A stretch of 64,000 nt of DNA, taken from contig CAVRQT010000003.1 in the NCBI GenBank assembly GCA_963723515.1, positions 352,001 through 416,000 of the forward strand, in the 5' to 3' direction. Under the pieces are notes generated by a model. The model did not search any database. It was given only the letters and a program-made list of their open reading frames with translations, and had not been told where the DNA came from. This document shows positions 8,914 to 20,982 of this stretch, in pieces. The DNA is from Vulcanimicrobiota bacterium. Its GTDB lineage: Bacteria; Vulcanimicrobiota; Vulcanimicrobiia; Vulcanimicrobiales; Vulcanimicrobiaceae. The translations under genes and the position numbers were made by a program. Position 1 is the stretch's first letter; each line of letters starts with the position of its first letter.

Positions 8914-9658
8914 ATGGCAGTCGCGGACGCGGTTTGGCTTCACGACGTGACGGTGGCCTATGACGGCGCCATCGGCATCGAGCGCGTCAGCCTCGTCTTG
9001 CATCCCGGTGAAGTGCTCGGCGTTATCGGACCGAATGGTTCGGGAAAATCGACGCTGCTTAAAACGATCGCCGGACTTGCTTCGGCCCGCACAGGGCACG
9101 GTTGAAGTGTTCGGTCGAGATCCGCATCATCTGAGTCCGGGAAGCATCGCCTACGTGCCGCAGGTTGAAACTGTGGACTGGAATTTTCCGGCTACCGTTT
9201 GGGACGTTGTTGCGATGTCTCGGTTTCCGCGCCTTTCGCCGCTGCAGCGGTTTTCCGTCGCCGATCGCACGTCCGTCAACGATGCACTGCGTGCCGTCGA
9301 CTTAGAAGCGCTTCGTGATCGTCATATCTCGGCGCTGAGCGGCGGACAGCAACAGCGCACGTTTTTGGCGCGCGCGCTGGCGCAAGAGCCGAAATTGTTC
9401 CTTTTGGATGAGCCCGCTACAGGCGTTGACGCCTCGACCGCCGAGATGCTGCGCATCGTCGTGCGCGATCTCGCCGGCAAAGGCATGCCGGTGCTGATTG
9501 CAACGCACGACCTCGAAAGTGCAGAGGCCTGGTTCGATTACCTGTTGCTCGTGGATAAGACGGTCGTCGCGTATGGGCGACCAAACGAAGTGCTCTGCTC
9601 CCCGGAATTCGAGCGGTTGCTCAGAGCGCACCATCACGCCGTTCGAGAGACGATCTAA
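8914..9658 (+). CDS. Zn/Mn ABC transporter ATP-binding protein (frameshift near 9080)
   Basis: GPNGSGKS in one frame; LSGGQQQR and LLDEP in the next. Confidence 0.88.
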
Positions 9659-10503
9659 TGGAGTGGCTGACGGCTCCCTTTCAGCTCGATTTCATGATCC
9701 GCGGCTTTATCGTCGCGATTCTCGTCGGCACGCTCTGCTCGTTGATCGGCGCTTTCGTCGTTTTGCGACGGCTGGCGTTCATCGGCGACGGCATCGCTCA
9801 CGCGTCGTTCGCCGGAATCGTCATTGCGTATCTCCGAGGCGCGAACTTCTATCTAGGCGCCGCCGTTGTTGCCGTTCTCACCGCGCTGGGCATCGGTTTC
9901 GTCCATCGTAAAGCGAACATTTCGCTCGACACCAGCATCGGCGTGCTGTTCACCGGCGCCTTCGCGCTCGGAATTTTTTTGATGAGCCGCCAGCGCACGT
10001 ACACCGTCGATCTCCAGGACTACCTCTTTGGAAATATCCTCGGCGTCTCGCATCAAGATCTGGTTCTGATCGTGCTGCTCTGCGCGCTAGTCGCGCTCAC
10101 GTTAACCTTTTTCTTTCGCGCGCTCGTGTACACATCGTTCGATCCCGTCGTGGCTGAGGCGAGCGGAATCCCGGCCGGCGGGCTCGATTATCTGCTGCTC
10201 GTTTTGCTTGCGTTAACGATTGTCGTGACCTTAGAGGCCGTCGGTATCATCCTGGTCGCGGCGCTGCTTGTAACGCCGGCTGCCGCCGCCTACCAACTGA
10301 CGCGCCGTTTTTCCGTCATGATTGCTCTCTCAGCGGTGCTGGGCGCGTTTTGCTCGGTCAGCGGCCTTTATCTTTCCTATTATTTGAACGCGGCAAGCGG
10401 GGCAACGATCGTCTTGATGGCGACGATCGTTTTCTTTGCGGCGATTGCGATTAAGCGGTTGTGGCTGGGCGGCTCCGCTCAGGCGCGGTCCAACCGCCCG
10501 TGA
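9658..10503 (+). CDS. Zn/Mn ABC transporter permease
   Basis: GDGIAHASF, YLFGNIL, multi-TM. Confidence 0.93.
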   Translation: MEWLTAPFQLDFMIRGFIVAILVGTLCSLIGAFVVLRRLAFIGDGIAHASFAGIVIAYLRGANFYLGAAVVAVLTALGIGFVHRKANISLDTSIGVLFTGAFALGIFLMSRQRTYTVDLQDYLFGNILGVSHQDLVLIVLLCALVALTLTFFFRALVYTSFDPVVAEASGIPAGGLDYLLLVLLALTIVVTLEAVGIILVAALLVTPAAAAYQLTRRFSVMIALSAVLGAFCSVSGLYLSYYLNAASGATIVLMATIVFFAAIAIKRLWLGGSAQARSNRP

Positions 10504-10829
10504 TTGTCGCAGTGGTCGCTGTGTCGATTATGTAGATGCCCTGCGACGACGTAGTCGACGTGATCGGCATGCGGCACCGGTTCGTGACCGCACCGCGCGT
10601 CATGCTCGTGCGACTTCTCGTGCGCATTGCAAGCATGGCCTGAAGCGCAATCCGCCGGATTCGAGCGCGACGCCGAGAGCTCGTGCTCGTCAACGTGTCC
10701 TTCATGCACGTGATGCAGATGGCCGTCATGCAGATAGTCGAGATGGCTCTCGTGTTGTACGGCGGTATGTCCACATTGCCCGGTGTGTTCGTGCTCGTGG
10801 CGGTCATGCGTTGCGTGCCGATCGCGCAT
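10479..10829 (-). CDS. His/Cys-rich small metal-binding protein
   Basis: Internal duplication CGHxxVxHxxHxDYxxxGHLH; lies between Zn and Cu genes. Confidence 0.8.
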   Translation of the reverse strand: MRDRHATHDRHEHEHTGQCGHTAVQHESHLDYLHDGHLHHVHEGHVDEHELSASRSNPADCASGHACNAHEKSHEHDARCGHEPVPHADHVDYVVAGHLHNRHSDHCDNHGRLDRA

Positions 10830-10891
10830 TGCATTAGAATTCCGCGGCCCGGCACGCTCCCCTTGAGCGTTCCGCAGCGCCGCATTTACTT

Positions 10892-12865
10892 TCAGTGGGC
10901 GTGGCCGGCGTGGTTCGCAGCTGCCACCGGGATGCTGGCAACGCGAACGGCATCGGCGAGAAGTGTGGCGGCATCGGCGACGCCATGTGTTCCGCTTGAG
11001 GTCCAGCGCGCGCGGACGTTCGCGCCTCGGTCGAGCATCAACTCCGTCTCTTCGCCATCCGTGCGCGATCGAAACAGGCCCAGCGCCGCCCGAACATCGT
11101 CCGCAACCTCAACGGTCAAAGGGGCCTTGGCTGTTGATCGGTCGAGCGCGACAGCAACGACGTGCAAGCCCGCCGCAGCGAGTCGCGGTTCCAATCTCGC
11201 CAATTGCTCGAGTCGGGCACGCGGTGCGTTCGCCGGGAACAATACGAGGAGAACCGGTCCGTTTTTGAGCGTCTGAGTCAACGTGTTCTGTCCGCCGTTT
11301 CGTTCGAAGGCGAAATCCGGAAGCGGCGGTGCGGCCGTCGTGCTAATTTGCGCGCCTACGTTTGTCCGTAAGGACGCCGGCCGCGCGTGCCAGCAGAAAA
11401 TTGATCAGATCCCAGCGCTGATCGGGATTGAGCTTGTCGGCGAAGCCCGGCATAACCCCATTGTCACGCCCATGGCTCACCCACCAGAAAATTTCTCCGA
11501 CCTTGTGCGCGAACAAGTGCGACTCGGTCAAATCAGCCGGACGAATCGGAAGTTTGCCGGCAAGTGGGCCGTCGCCGCGACCGTTCGCTCCGTGGCACAC
11601 GGCGCAATTCTCGGCGTAAAGCGGTGCGCCATGCGCTATGGATGGTGCTGCGTAAGGCCGTGTCGAGGCATAAAAGCTCGTAGGGTATGCGCGAACAATA
11701 CCGGGCTGGAGCGCAACCCAACCAACACTACCGAAGAGTACGATGCAAGCGATGGAAGCGGCCATCTCGCGGTACCGTCTTTTTTCGGCGGTGAGCGCCG
11801 CTGCGGCGAGACAAAGGACGAACGCGACAGCGGCGATGACGAACACCGCCTCTTTGCCCGTTGCAATCTGACCGAAATCCAGCCGGAACGGGAGTGGCCA
11901 GCGTGGTTCAGTGTGCAGCCCCGGCGGCAGCACACCGATGATGCCGACGACGGCGAGAACGAAGACACCGAGGCTCGCCTCAATGGACGCGTTGCGGCCG
12001 AGTTGCCGAACTGCACGCAATCTGGCGGCGGCGTTACTCGCGATGTCCGCAAGTTGCGGTATGAGGCGGCGCTGGTTGACACTCGCGACAGCGATCATCG
12101 TTGCGAACAGCGCCACTTTCACGAGCAAAAGCTGACCGTACGTCGTGCCAGCAGCGCCGGAACGCTGCCGGACAAGAACCACGTATTCACAAGACCCGTC
12201 GCAAGCAACGTTCCTACGCTCAACATGCCGAGGTTGGAGAAGCGCGACGTCGTCACTCGAGCGACCGTCACCGCTTCGGGGCTGCCGTCGCCTCGCGCTT
12301 GAGCGAGCAATAGCACGAGCGGCAGAAGTGCACCAAGCCACGCGCCTGCTGCAAGCAAATGCAAGATGTCGGCGGGTAGATGGATCGCGTCAAACGGCAC
12401 ATCTTCCGCGGCCGCTCCGTGCCCCGCCCATGCCAAAGCAGCGATGAACGCCGCCGCAGCCAGTAATCCGATCCATCCAGTAACATGCTTACGGGTCAAT
12501 CCCTGGATCGCGAGACAAATTGCTAGCAGGATGACGAGCGCGCCCCGCAGTGCCCAATCTTCACCGAAGCGCGTTTGCGTCAACACGATGCCGACGACAG
12601 GGCCGTGTAGGACGGCGCTGAGCGGCATCCCGCTCATATTTGATCCGACGATAACAAGCCAAGCGCCGCCGCTCACAAGTGCGACGAACAGACTCGTCCA
12701 AGCAAGCGCGAAGAGCCGTCGATCCAGCCGGGCTTGAAGGGCTGGCGAGGCATTTGTTCGGTGAAACGCCGGCCACGCGATCAAACACCAGAATACGAAT
12801 GTGCCTTCGAGCGACGCGGTCGACACATAGTGGAGCAGGCGCGTCGCTGTCAGGAGCGGATCGAT
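10892..12865 (-). CDS. copD: CopD-cytochrome c fusion with a C-terminal thioredoxin-like segment (two frameshifts, near 12145 and 11350)
   Basis: CopD motifs (TRFG, AGH, HLLAAGAWLG, RFS, YGQLLLVK) then CAVCHG heme motif; pieces in ORFs 12119-12826, 11343-12341 and 10892-11281; start approximate. Confidence 0.75.
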
Positions 12866-12868
12866 TCC

Positions 12869-13249
12869 TCAGCCCCTCTTTACTTGAAAGGTAAAGTCGC
12901 CCTCGGTTGTGTGCGTATCAACGGACAGCGCATGCCATTTCACCGTGTAGGTCCCGGCCCGCAACGCTTTCAGCTTGACGGTGAGCTCGGATTTATTCTT
13001 GGGGTCGATGCTGGCAGGCCCGTCATTCACCGAAGCTCCCGATCGATCGCTGATCGTCACCCAGCTAAAAGCCGGCTCGAGCTCTTGTGTGAACCACAAG
13101 CGTATTACTGTAGGCGGCGCCGGTACCGTGCTGCCGACAGCCGGATCCGCGTGGTCGAGGAATGCGTGCGCCCGAACCGCTGCGGGCGCGATAAATAGTT
13201 CGGCGAGCACGAATGCCGCCGCGATTAGACGCGTAGTCATGATTTCCAA
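12869..13249 (-). CDS. copC: Copper resistance protein CopC
   Basis: Signal peptide then HAFLDHADP; YTVKWHALSVDTH. Confidence 0.93.
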   Translation of the reverse strand: MEIMTTRLIAAAFVLAELFIAPAAVRAHAFLDHADPAVGSTVPAPPTVIRLWFTQELEPAFSWVTISDRSGASVNDGPASIDPKNKSELTVKLKALRAGTYTVKWHALSVDTHTTEGDFTFQVKRG

Positions 13250-14149
13250 AGATTCCTGTGAATGAGAGGTTTCCCAAACCAGCTTTTATAGAAAGCGTCG
13301 AGAAACAAGTGAAACTGAATGATGAAGCCGGTGCCCTGCCCTTGGCGCGTGGCCTTGTTCGCTGGGATGAGTGCCTCGGCGCCCAACTGCCAAGTATTGG
13401 CGTCGTAGAATAAGCCGGGCGCGATTGTTCCCGTTGGTGAACCGCCGTCGGGGGTGCTCATTGCAATCTCGACGAGCGGCGTCATGCGTCTCAGCAACTG
13501 CGAGATGTGCAGTGCCTTTACGTTCTGCTGCAGGTAGGGAATCGAATATTGCAACGAGACCGCGTAGTTCCACGCATTCGGGCTCACACTCGGTGCATCG
13601 GAAAACACGCGGCTCACTTCGCCGGTGATCGCAATAGGGCGCAGGTAACCGGCCGGACACGTCGCCCAGGCCTTTGCCGAAGTAGAACGTTGGCGCGGTG
13701 TTGCCGACACTGTCGATTACGCCGCCGTTGCGCAGTTGGACCGAGCCGGTTCCCGGTATCAGCCGGACCACCCCGACCGACCAGGCCAGTTCCTCATGCG
13801 CGTGGCGTTGGATGCAAGGATGTTGATCCTTGAGCGTCACCGTGATGTTGTCCCATCCGCTTAAGTTCTGCGCTGGGCCATGTTGCGTGAGATAGCCACC
13901 ATTGACGGCGAAGCCGAGATCTTCGGTGATGGTCTTATCCCATTCGTATCCGTAGCTATTGCTTTCACCGTCTGGCGTCGGCGTGAACGTGATGGTCGGC
14001 AGTGACATCTCGTCGCTCACTCCAGGATCGTCCATGGTCAGCGTGGTGGGAAACACGCGGTCTCCGCAGACGACGTGCGCCTGAGCGACCGAATGCAGCA
14101 TAAAGAGCCATAAGAACGCGGCCGCAAGGGCCGCAGCAAAAAACCGCAT
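13237..14149 (-). CDS. Secreted/outer-membrane protein upstream of copC (frameshift near 13660)
   Basis: AQA-HVVCGDRVFP mature N-terminal His; beta-strand-rich; joins ORFs 13286-14149 and 13237-13710. Confidence 0.65.
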
Positions 14150-14193
14150 GTTGCTTCCTTAACGAAAAAGTGTGTTGGAAAGATTTGAGCGCG

Positions 14194-14805
14194 TTAAGAG
14201 AAGCGGGGCGGCGGCCGGCTGTACCGGCTAAGCGCGAGTTGCGGACGCTTGAGAATCGGCGCAATCGAGGCAAAGGAATCGAACCCATCGCGCGGTGTGG
14301 CTGCAAATGGAACCGTCAAGAGGCGCAGAGCGACGGCGGCTAACAAGCGCAACGCGCCGCCCAATGCAAGTCGCAGCAGCAAAGCGACGCAGACGACCGC
14401 AAATGTGGCGATCGCGAGCGGGATCGCGTGCGGCTCTTCGGCACGTTCGATCAGAATGAACCAGCCGGTCGCAACGACGGCCAAGCTAAGCGCCGAGGGC
14501 AGCAGCCCCTCCAGACGAGCAGCAACGATAGACCCTTCCCGGGTTCCCAAAGCAAAGAAAACGGCCGCCGCGCACAATGCCAGGATGCTGGCACAGAGCA
14601 CGACTACGATGGAGTCCATGAGGAGCACGTGGGAAGCGCCGCCAACGGTGTGGCCACCCCCAAAGGTGAGAAAATGCGCCGCCACAGCGGCCGGGAGACC
14701 GAGGACAAGGGCGGCGAGAAACTTCCGGACGGGCACGCCGGTTAGATTCTTTGACCCTACAAGGTGTCCCGTTGAGTGGGCGTCCAATCTAAGGCGCCCA
14801 CCCAT
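14194..14805 (-). CDS. Hypothetical membrane protein (true start likely nearer 14730)
   Basis: About 4 hydrophobic segments, ends RPPPRFS. Confidence 0.6.
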   Translation of the reverse strand: MGGRLRLDAHSTGHLVGSKNLTGVPVRKFLAALVLGLPAAVAAHFLTFGGGHTVGGASHVLLMDSIVVVLCASILALCAAAVFFALGTREGSIVAARLEGLLPSALSLAVVATGWFILIERAEEPHAIPLAIATFAVVCVALLLRLALGGALRLLAAVALRLLTVPFAATPRDGFDSFASIAPILKRPQLALSRYSRPPPRFS

Positions 14806-14842
14806 CGCCAGGCCATTCCTGGGGAAGAGAAAGCTCTGATTT

Positions 14843-15397
14843 GTGATGACTACCCGTTCGCCTCACGAGAACGCTGACACCGTCAGTCTGGTTTGCGCGC
14901 TGTTGGTGCGCTTCCCGGAGATTGCATCGGTGCGCTGCCTGCCGAACGATGGGACGGTCCGTTTCACATTTGTGGTTTCGCATCGCCTCGACCGCGATGC
15001 TCAGGAGACGGTGCGGGCCGCCGTTGACGAGCATGTCGATGGCTTTCTGCTCCTTAGCGATGATGCCGCGGGCATCGTGCGCGTCGAGTCCGAGGCGGCT
15101 CGTGGTGTTACGTTCATCCACGTCACGCGCGATCTCGATAGCTTCAGCAAAGACGAGCTCGAGATGCTCGTTACGATCTTTGCGGACCGCTTTGGGAACG
15201 CGCTCGTACGCAACCCCGTGACGGACGAACATGGTGATGAAGATCCCGTAGCTCAGGAAGAGCTTGTCAGCTATGCGATCGACTCGCTGCGCGATCCGAA
15301 GCAGTCGAAGAGTCTCGTTGGCTTTCGCGAAGAGAAGCGCGTGCTCGTCTATTTCTTGAAATCTAAGAGGAAGGCGAAGGCTTCGAGCCGCTCATAA
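14843..15397 (+). CDS. Conserved hypothetical protein
   Basis: Co-oriented ahead of ymdB; LLVRFPEI..., LVGFREEKRVLVY. Confidence 0.7.
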   Translation: MMTTRSPHENADTVSLVCALLVRFPEIASVRCLPNDGTVRFTFVVSHRLDRDAQETVRAAVDEHVDGFLLLSDDAAGIVRVESEAARGVTFIHVTRDLDSFSKDELEMLVTIFADRFGNALVRNPVTDEHGDEDPVAQEELVSYAIDSLRDPKQSKSLVGFREEKRVLVYFLKSKRKAKASSRS

Positions 15398-15408
15398 GCG
15401 ACAGCGCA

Positions 15409-16212
15409 ATGCCCGCGACAAAGCCGGTCCGCATTTTGCTGATCGGCGACGTCGTCGGCTCCCCCGGTAGAGAAGTCGTCAAACGCTGTGTTCCCATCTT
15501 GCGGGATCAGTTTTCTATTGATGCCTGCATTGCGAACGGCGAGAACGTCGCCGGCGGATTCGGCCTGACGGTCCAGACGGCGGAAGAGCTCTTTGAAAAC
15601 GGGGTCGATTTCCTCACCAGCGGCAATCATATCTTTGACAAGCGCGAGTTTCGGCCGTACTTGGACGCATCGGACCGGATTTTGCGTCCCGCGAACTATC
15701 CCCCAACGGCGCCTGGACGGGGTAGCGGCGTGTTGAGCGTCAACGGCGTGCAGATCGGCGTCCTCAATCTCATGGGCCGCACGTTCATGCCGCCGATTGA
15801 CGATCCGTTTCGCTTCGCGAAGGAGCTGGCGCAGGAGCTTCGGCGTCACACCGCCGTGGTCGTGGTCGATATGCATGCTGAGGCGACCTCAGAGAAGATA
15901 GCAATGGCGCGCTTCCTAGATGGAGACGTATCGGCCGTGTACGGCACGCATACGCACGTGCAGACAGCGGACGAGCAGATCCTTTCCGGTGGCACGGCTT
16001 ACATCACGGACCTCGGCATGACGGGGCCGATGCAAGGCGTGATCGGCATGGATCAATCGGCGGTGCTCGAGCGCTTTCTCACGGGATTCTCGGAACGTTT
16101 CAGCGTGCAGAAGAACGGCGCCAAACAATTCTGTGCAGCGGTTGTCACTGTCGACTCACAGTCAGGTCGCGCGCTCGAGATCAAACGAATTTTCCAGCGA
16201 GGACTACCATGA
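15409..16212 (+). CDS. ymdB: YmdB/TIGR00282 metallophosphoesterase
   Basis: GDVVG, NGEN, TSGNH, DMHAEATSEK, GTHTHVQTAD. Confidence 0.95.
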   Translation: MPATKPVRILLIGDVVGSPGREVVKRCVPILRDQFSIDACIANGENVAGGFGLTVQTAEELFENGVDFLTSGNHIFDKREFRPYLDASDRILRPANYPPTAPGRGSGVLSVNGVQIGVLNLMGRTFMPPIDDPFRFAKELAQELRRHTAVVVVDMHAEATSEKIAMARFLDGDVSAVYGTHTHVQTADEQILSGGTAYITDLGMTGPMQGVIGMDQSAVLERFLTGFSERFSVQKNGAKQFCAAVVTVDSQSGRALEIKRIFQRGLP

Positions 16213-16565
16213 TGAGCGAAACAGCGGCGATTGCCCAACCAACTGCTCCCACTATAGCGGTCGAGCCCGAAAAGCTGCCCGAAAAACGGCCGGGTGTTCC
16301 CAGCGTGCTCAAGGTGTCCGCGAAGAGCAGCCCCAACGCCGTTGCCGGCGCCTTGGCAGCGGTGCTGCGCGAGCGGGAGGCGGCGGAGATGCAAGCGGTC
16401 GGAGCGGGCGCAATCAACCAAGCGATAAAGGCGGTCGCCATTGCGCGTTCGTACTTGAAACCCGGCAATATGGATCTGCAGTGCGCGCCGGCATTCATCG
16501 ACGTCGAAATCGCCGGGAAAGCGAGAACGGGTATTTCGCTGGCGATCATGCGCCGCATCGTTTGA
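16209..16565 (+). CDS. spoVS: Stage V sporulation protein S family
   Basis: VLKVSAKSSPNAVAGALA...GAGAINQAIKAVAIAR. Confidence 0.95.
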   Translation: MMSETAAIAQPTAPTIAVEPEKLPEKRPGVPSVLKVSAKSSPNAVAGALAAVLREREAAEMQAVGAGAINQAIKAVAIARSYLKPGNMDLQCAPAFIDVEIAGKARTGISLAIMRRIV

Positions 16566-17377
16566 TCGTCGACTTCCATTCGCATACGCGCGAGAGCGAC
16601 GGAACGCTCTCGCCCGCAGAACTCTGCGGCGCCATGCAAAAGCGTGGCGTCGCAGTCTTTTCAATCACCGACCACGACACGCTGGCTGCCTACGATCAAT
16701 TGGTCGTTCCCGACGGCATGCGAGTTATAGTCGGCATCGAGGTCAATACGAGCTATCGCGGCAACGAAGTGCACGTCTTGGGTTTTGGTATGCGCCGCGA
16801 CGACGAGCGCTTTAACCGAATGCTGGAAAATAATGTGCTTGCCAGGCGTGAACGGATCGAGCGGATCGTCGAGCAGTTAGGGGCTGCCGGCTACCCCATC
16901 ACATTCGAGCAGGTTCTGGCGGAAGCGGGTCCCGCGCGGCCGTTAGGCCGGCCGCACGTCGGCAAAGCGCTGATCCGCCAAGGACACATTACTGACATCG
17001 AAAGCGCGTTTCGGATACTGCTGCGCTATGGAAAACCGGGATACGTCCCCTCAACGCATATCACACCGCAGCAGGCAATCGACGAAATCACGAACGCCGG
17101 CGGCATCGCCGTTCTCGCTCACCCGGGACGCCTGCACGACTATGCGATCATCGACGAACTGTCGGAAGTTGGATTGCGCGGGCTCGAGGTGTTTTATCCG
17201 ACGCACGGTGCCTCGCAAACGGCGCATTTTCGTGAAACGGCCCAACGTCTGGGTTTGCTGATGACCGGTGGTTCAGACTTTCACGATGCACGGTACCACA
17301 CGCGCGGCGTCGGCATCGAAGTGAACGCTGATGACATTCAACCGTTCTTGGATGCGGTGGCGACGGTATCACGCTGA
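16562..17377 (+). CDS. PHP-domain phosphoesterase (TrpH/YciV-like)
   Basis: DFHSHTRESDG, ITDHDT, GRPH, AHP, GGSDFH; TTG start overlapping the spoVS stop. Confidence 0.92.
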   Translation: MIVDFHSHTRESDGTLSPAELCGAMQKRGVAVFSITDHDTLAAYDQLVVPDGMRVIVGIEVNTSYRGNEVHVLGFGMRRDDERFNRMLENNVLARRERIERIVEQLGAAGYPITFEQVLAEAGPARPLGRPHVGKALIRQGHITDIESAFRILLRYGKPGYVPSTHITPQQAIDEITNAGGIAVLAHPGRLHDYAIIDELSEVGLRGLEVFYPTHGASQTAHFRETAQRLGLLMTGGSDFHDARYHTRGVGIEVNADDIQPFLDAVATVSR

Positions 17378-17379
17378 GC

Positions 17380-17745
17380 TTAGTGGCGCGGTAATGTTGA
17401 CCGGCGCGACGGTCCCGGTGTCTCATTGAGCTGCTTCCCTGTCACTCCGACTTGTTCCTGTAACGCTGAGCTGTCTCCCTGTCATCCTGAGCTTGTCGAA
17501 GGACCGCGGTAATGTCGACCCGCGCTACCGTCCCGGTGTCACATTGAGCTTGTCGAAATGTGACTTATCTCTTGTGGTGCGTCCACGGGCGCGGCATGGC
17601 ACTCAGAACGGCTCATTTGCCACGATTACGGTTGCGCTTCGACAAGCTCAGCGTGACAGGCCGACAAGCTCAGGTGACAGGGAAACAAGGCTCAGCGTTA
17701 CAGGCAACAGTTCAGCGTGACAGGCGAAACAAGCTCAGCTCCTAG
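17380..17745. repeat. REP cluster forming a long imperfect inverted repeat between convergent genes
   Basis: Several CTGAGC(TTGTCGAA) units on the left, several (GACAA)GCTCAGCGTGACAGG units on the right. Confidence 0.85.
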
Positions 17746-17748
17746 ATG

Positions 17749-18363
17749 TCACTCTGCGCTAGCCAGGCGCAGCCGGATCTTCTGAATCAACAGCGCGCCG
17801 CGCGTCTCAAGATCTTTCAACTCCATGGTTTGCTGCGCAATTGTGCCGGAGTCGTTCATGTACTTATGGTTGATACGCACGTTATAGGCGCATGCCGCAA
17901 GCGCTGCGCCGGCAAATTCCGCCGCACAGCCGAGATCGCTGCGTAACCCCGCACCGCTCACTTCCAGCCCGCGGTCGACCATTTCCAAGAGCGTGATTGT
18001 GTCGGCGGCGGCGTTGAGCGGAACTTCCGCCGCGCGTCTCAGCGCATTTTGCAACGCACTACTGCGCGTCGCGCGCTCACGATCAGTTCCTTTCGACAAC
18101 TTCTGCGCGCTCACGACGGATTGAAAGGCCGTTTCGTCGAGCGATCTCGCAGTCACAAACGTTTCCCGCAGCGCATCTGCATCTGATGCGATGCGCTCGG
18201 CGGTGCACTTTTGTTCCTCTGATTTTGCGTTGTCTGCGGTGATGCGGCACACCATTGCAAGTAGCGCCGCGCCGGCGCTTGCTACAAACATCGCAGCGCT
18301 ACCGCCGCCCGGTACAGGACTCGATGATGCAAGCTTGGACAAATATTCGTCCAACGTTTCCAT
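17749..18363 (-). CDS. Formiminotetrahydrofolate cyclodeaminase/cyclohydrolase family
   Basis: LASSSPVPGGGSAA, AAEVP, SDLG, NVRIN. Confidence 0.9.
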   Translation of the reverse strand: METLDEYLSKLASSSPVPGGGSAAMFVASAGAALLAMVCRITADNAKSEEQKCTAERIASDADALRETFVTARSLDETAFQSVVSAQKLSKGTDRERATRSSALQNALRRAAEVPLNAAADTITLLEMVDRGLEVSGAGLRSDLGCAAEFAGAALAACAYNVRINHKYMNDSGTIAQQTMELKDLETRGALLIQKIRLRLASAE

Positions 18364-18443
18364 GGTAACGACTGTTGTCTGACGGGACCCTCAGGCCTTG
18401 CGAAGAAGAAGGTTCGCGTCGCAAAATTCCTGTTGTTATTTAG

Positions 18444-19742
<1,299 letters not shown>

Positions 19743-19746
19743 GACG

Positions 19747-20973
19747 ATGCCCTACCGCCGGTTATTCACGAGCGAATCGGTAACCGAAGGCCATCCGGAT
19801 AAGATTGCCGACCAGATTTCGGACGCCGTGCTCGACGCGATTTTGCGCGACGATCCCATGGGCCGCGTTGCCGTGGAGACCTTTGCGATTACGGGGCAGA
19901 TTCACATCGCCGGCGAGATCACGACGAAGACCTACATCGACATTCCAAAGATCGTTCGTGAAACGATTGCGGACATCGGTTACACAAAGTCATCGGTTGG
20001 ATTCGATGCTGAGACATGCGGCGTCAGCGTTTCGATCGACGAGCAATCACCGGACATTGCGATGGGCGTTGACAAGTCGCTTGAGGTAAAGAGCGGAGCG
20101 ACAGATGAATTCGAGTTGATCGGCGCCGGCGACCAAGGAATGATGTTCGGCTACGCGTGCCGTGAAACGGACGAGTTGATGCCGCTGCCGATCACGCTCG
20201 CTCACAACTTGACTCGGCATCTATCGGCGATGCGCAAGAACGGTGATATTCCGTATCTGCGGCCCGATGGCAAATCGCAAGTGACGATTGAGTATGATGG
20301 ACAGCGCCCAGTCCGTGTTGACTCGGTCGTCGTCTCAACGCAACACGATCCCGATATTCCGTTGGACGTCATCCGCAACGAAGTGACCGAGAAAGTGATC
20401 AATCATGTGATCCCGGGGTCGCTACGCGACAAAGAGACGCGCATCTATGTCAATCCAACGGGTCGCTTTGTGATCGGCGGACCGAAAGGCGATGCGGGTT
20501 TGACAGGACGCAAGATCATCGCCGACACCTACGGCGGCATGGCGCGTCACGGCGGCGGCGCCTTCTCCGGAAAAGATCCCACCAAAGTCGATCGCTCCGG
20601 CGCCTACGCCGCGCGGCATGTTGCAAAGAATATCGTCGGCGCGGGCTTAGCGGATCGCTGCGAAGTGCAAGTCGCGTACGCGATCGGCGTCGCGCACCCA
20701 ATGAGTGTTTTGGTTGAAACCTTCGGAACCGGGTTACTCGACGATGCGAAGATCGCGCAGCTCGTTGAGAAGCATTTTGATCTACGCCCGGCGGCGATCA
20801 TCCATCGCCTTGATCTGCGACGTCCGATTTACAAACAAGTCGCCGCATACGGCCACTTCGGACGCCCGGAGCTTGACCTGTCGTGGGAGCGCTTAGAGAA
20901 AGTTGAAGCGCTTCGTGTAGATTCGGGACTCAAAGCGGAGCCGCAATTCCGCGTCGCCACGCTAACGGGCTAA
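19747..20973 (+). CDS. metK: S-adenosylmethionine synthetase
   Basis: [28 protein letters not shown]. Confidence 0.98.
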   Translation: MPYRRLFTSESVTEGHPDKIADQISDAVLDAILRDDPMGRVAVETFAITGQIHIAGEITTKTYIDIPKIVRETIADIGYTKSSVGFDAETCGVSVSIDEQSPDIAMGVDKSLEVKSGATDEFELIGAGDQGMMFGYACRETDELMPLPITLAHNLTRHLSAMRKNGDIPYLRPDGKSQVTIEYDGQRPVRVDSVVVSTQHDPDIPLDVIRNEVTEKVINHVIPGSLRDKETRIYVNPTGRFVIGGPKGDAGLTGRKIIADTYGGMARHGGGAFSGKDPTKVDRSGAYAARHVAKNIVGAGLADRCEVQVAYAIGVAHPMSVLVETFGTGLLDDAKIAQLVEKHFDLRPAAIIHRLDLRRPIYKQVAAYGHFGRPELDLSWERLEKVEALRVDSGLKAEPQFRVATLTG

Positions 20974-20982
20974 GGAGGATCG

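Noticed and set aside
8914..9658. Programmed frameshift in the ABC ATPase
   Set aside because: No slippery heptamer; similar single indels occur throughout, consistent with consensus error.
11283..12302. 339-aa plus-strand ORF
   Set aside because: Antisense shadow of the copD-cytochrome c gene, with no recognisable motifs.
16133..16561. Long N-terminal extension of the PHP ORF
   Set aside because: Overlaps spoVS in another frame; the real start is TTG at 16562.
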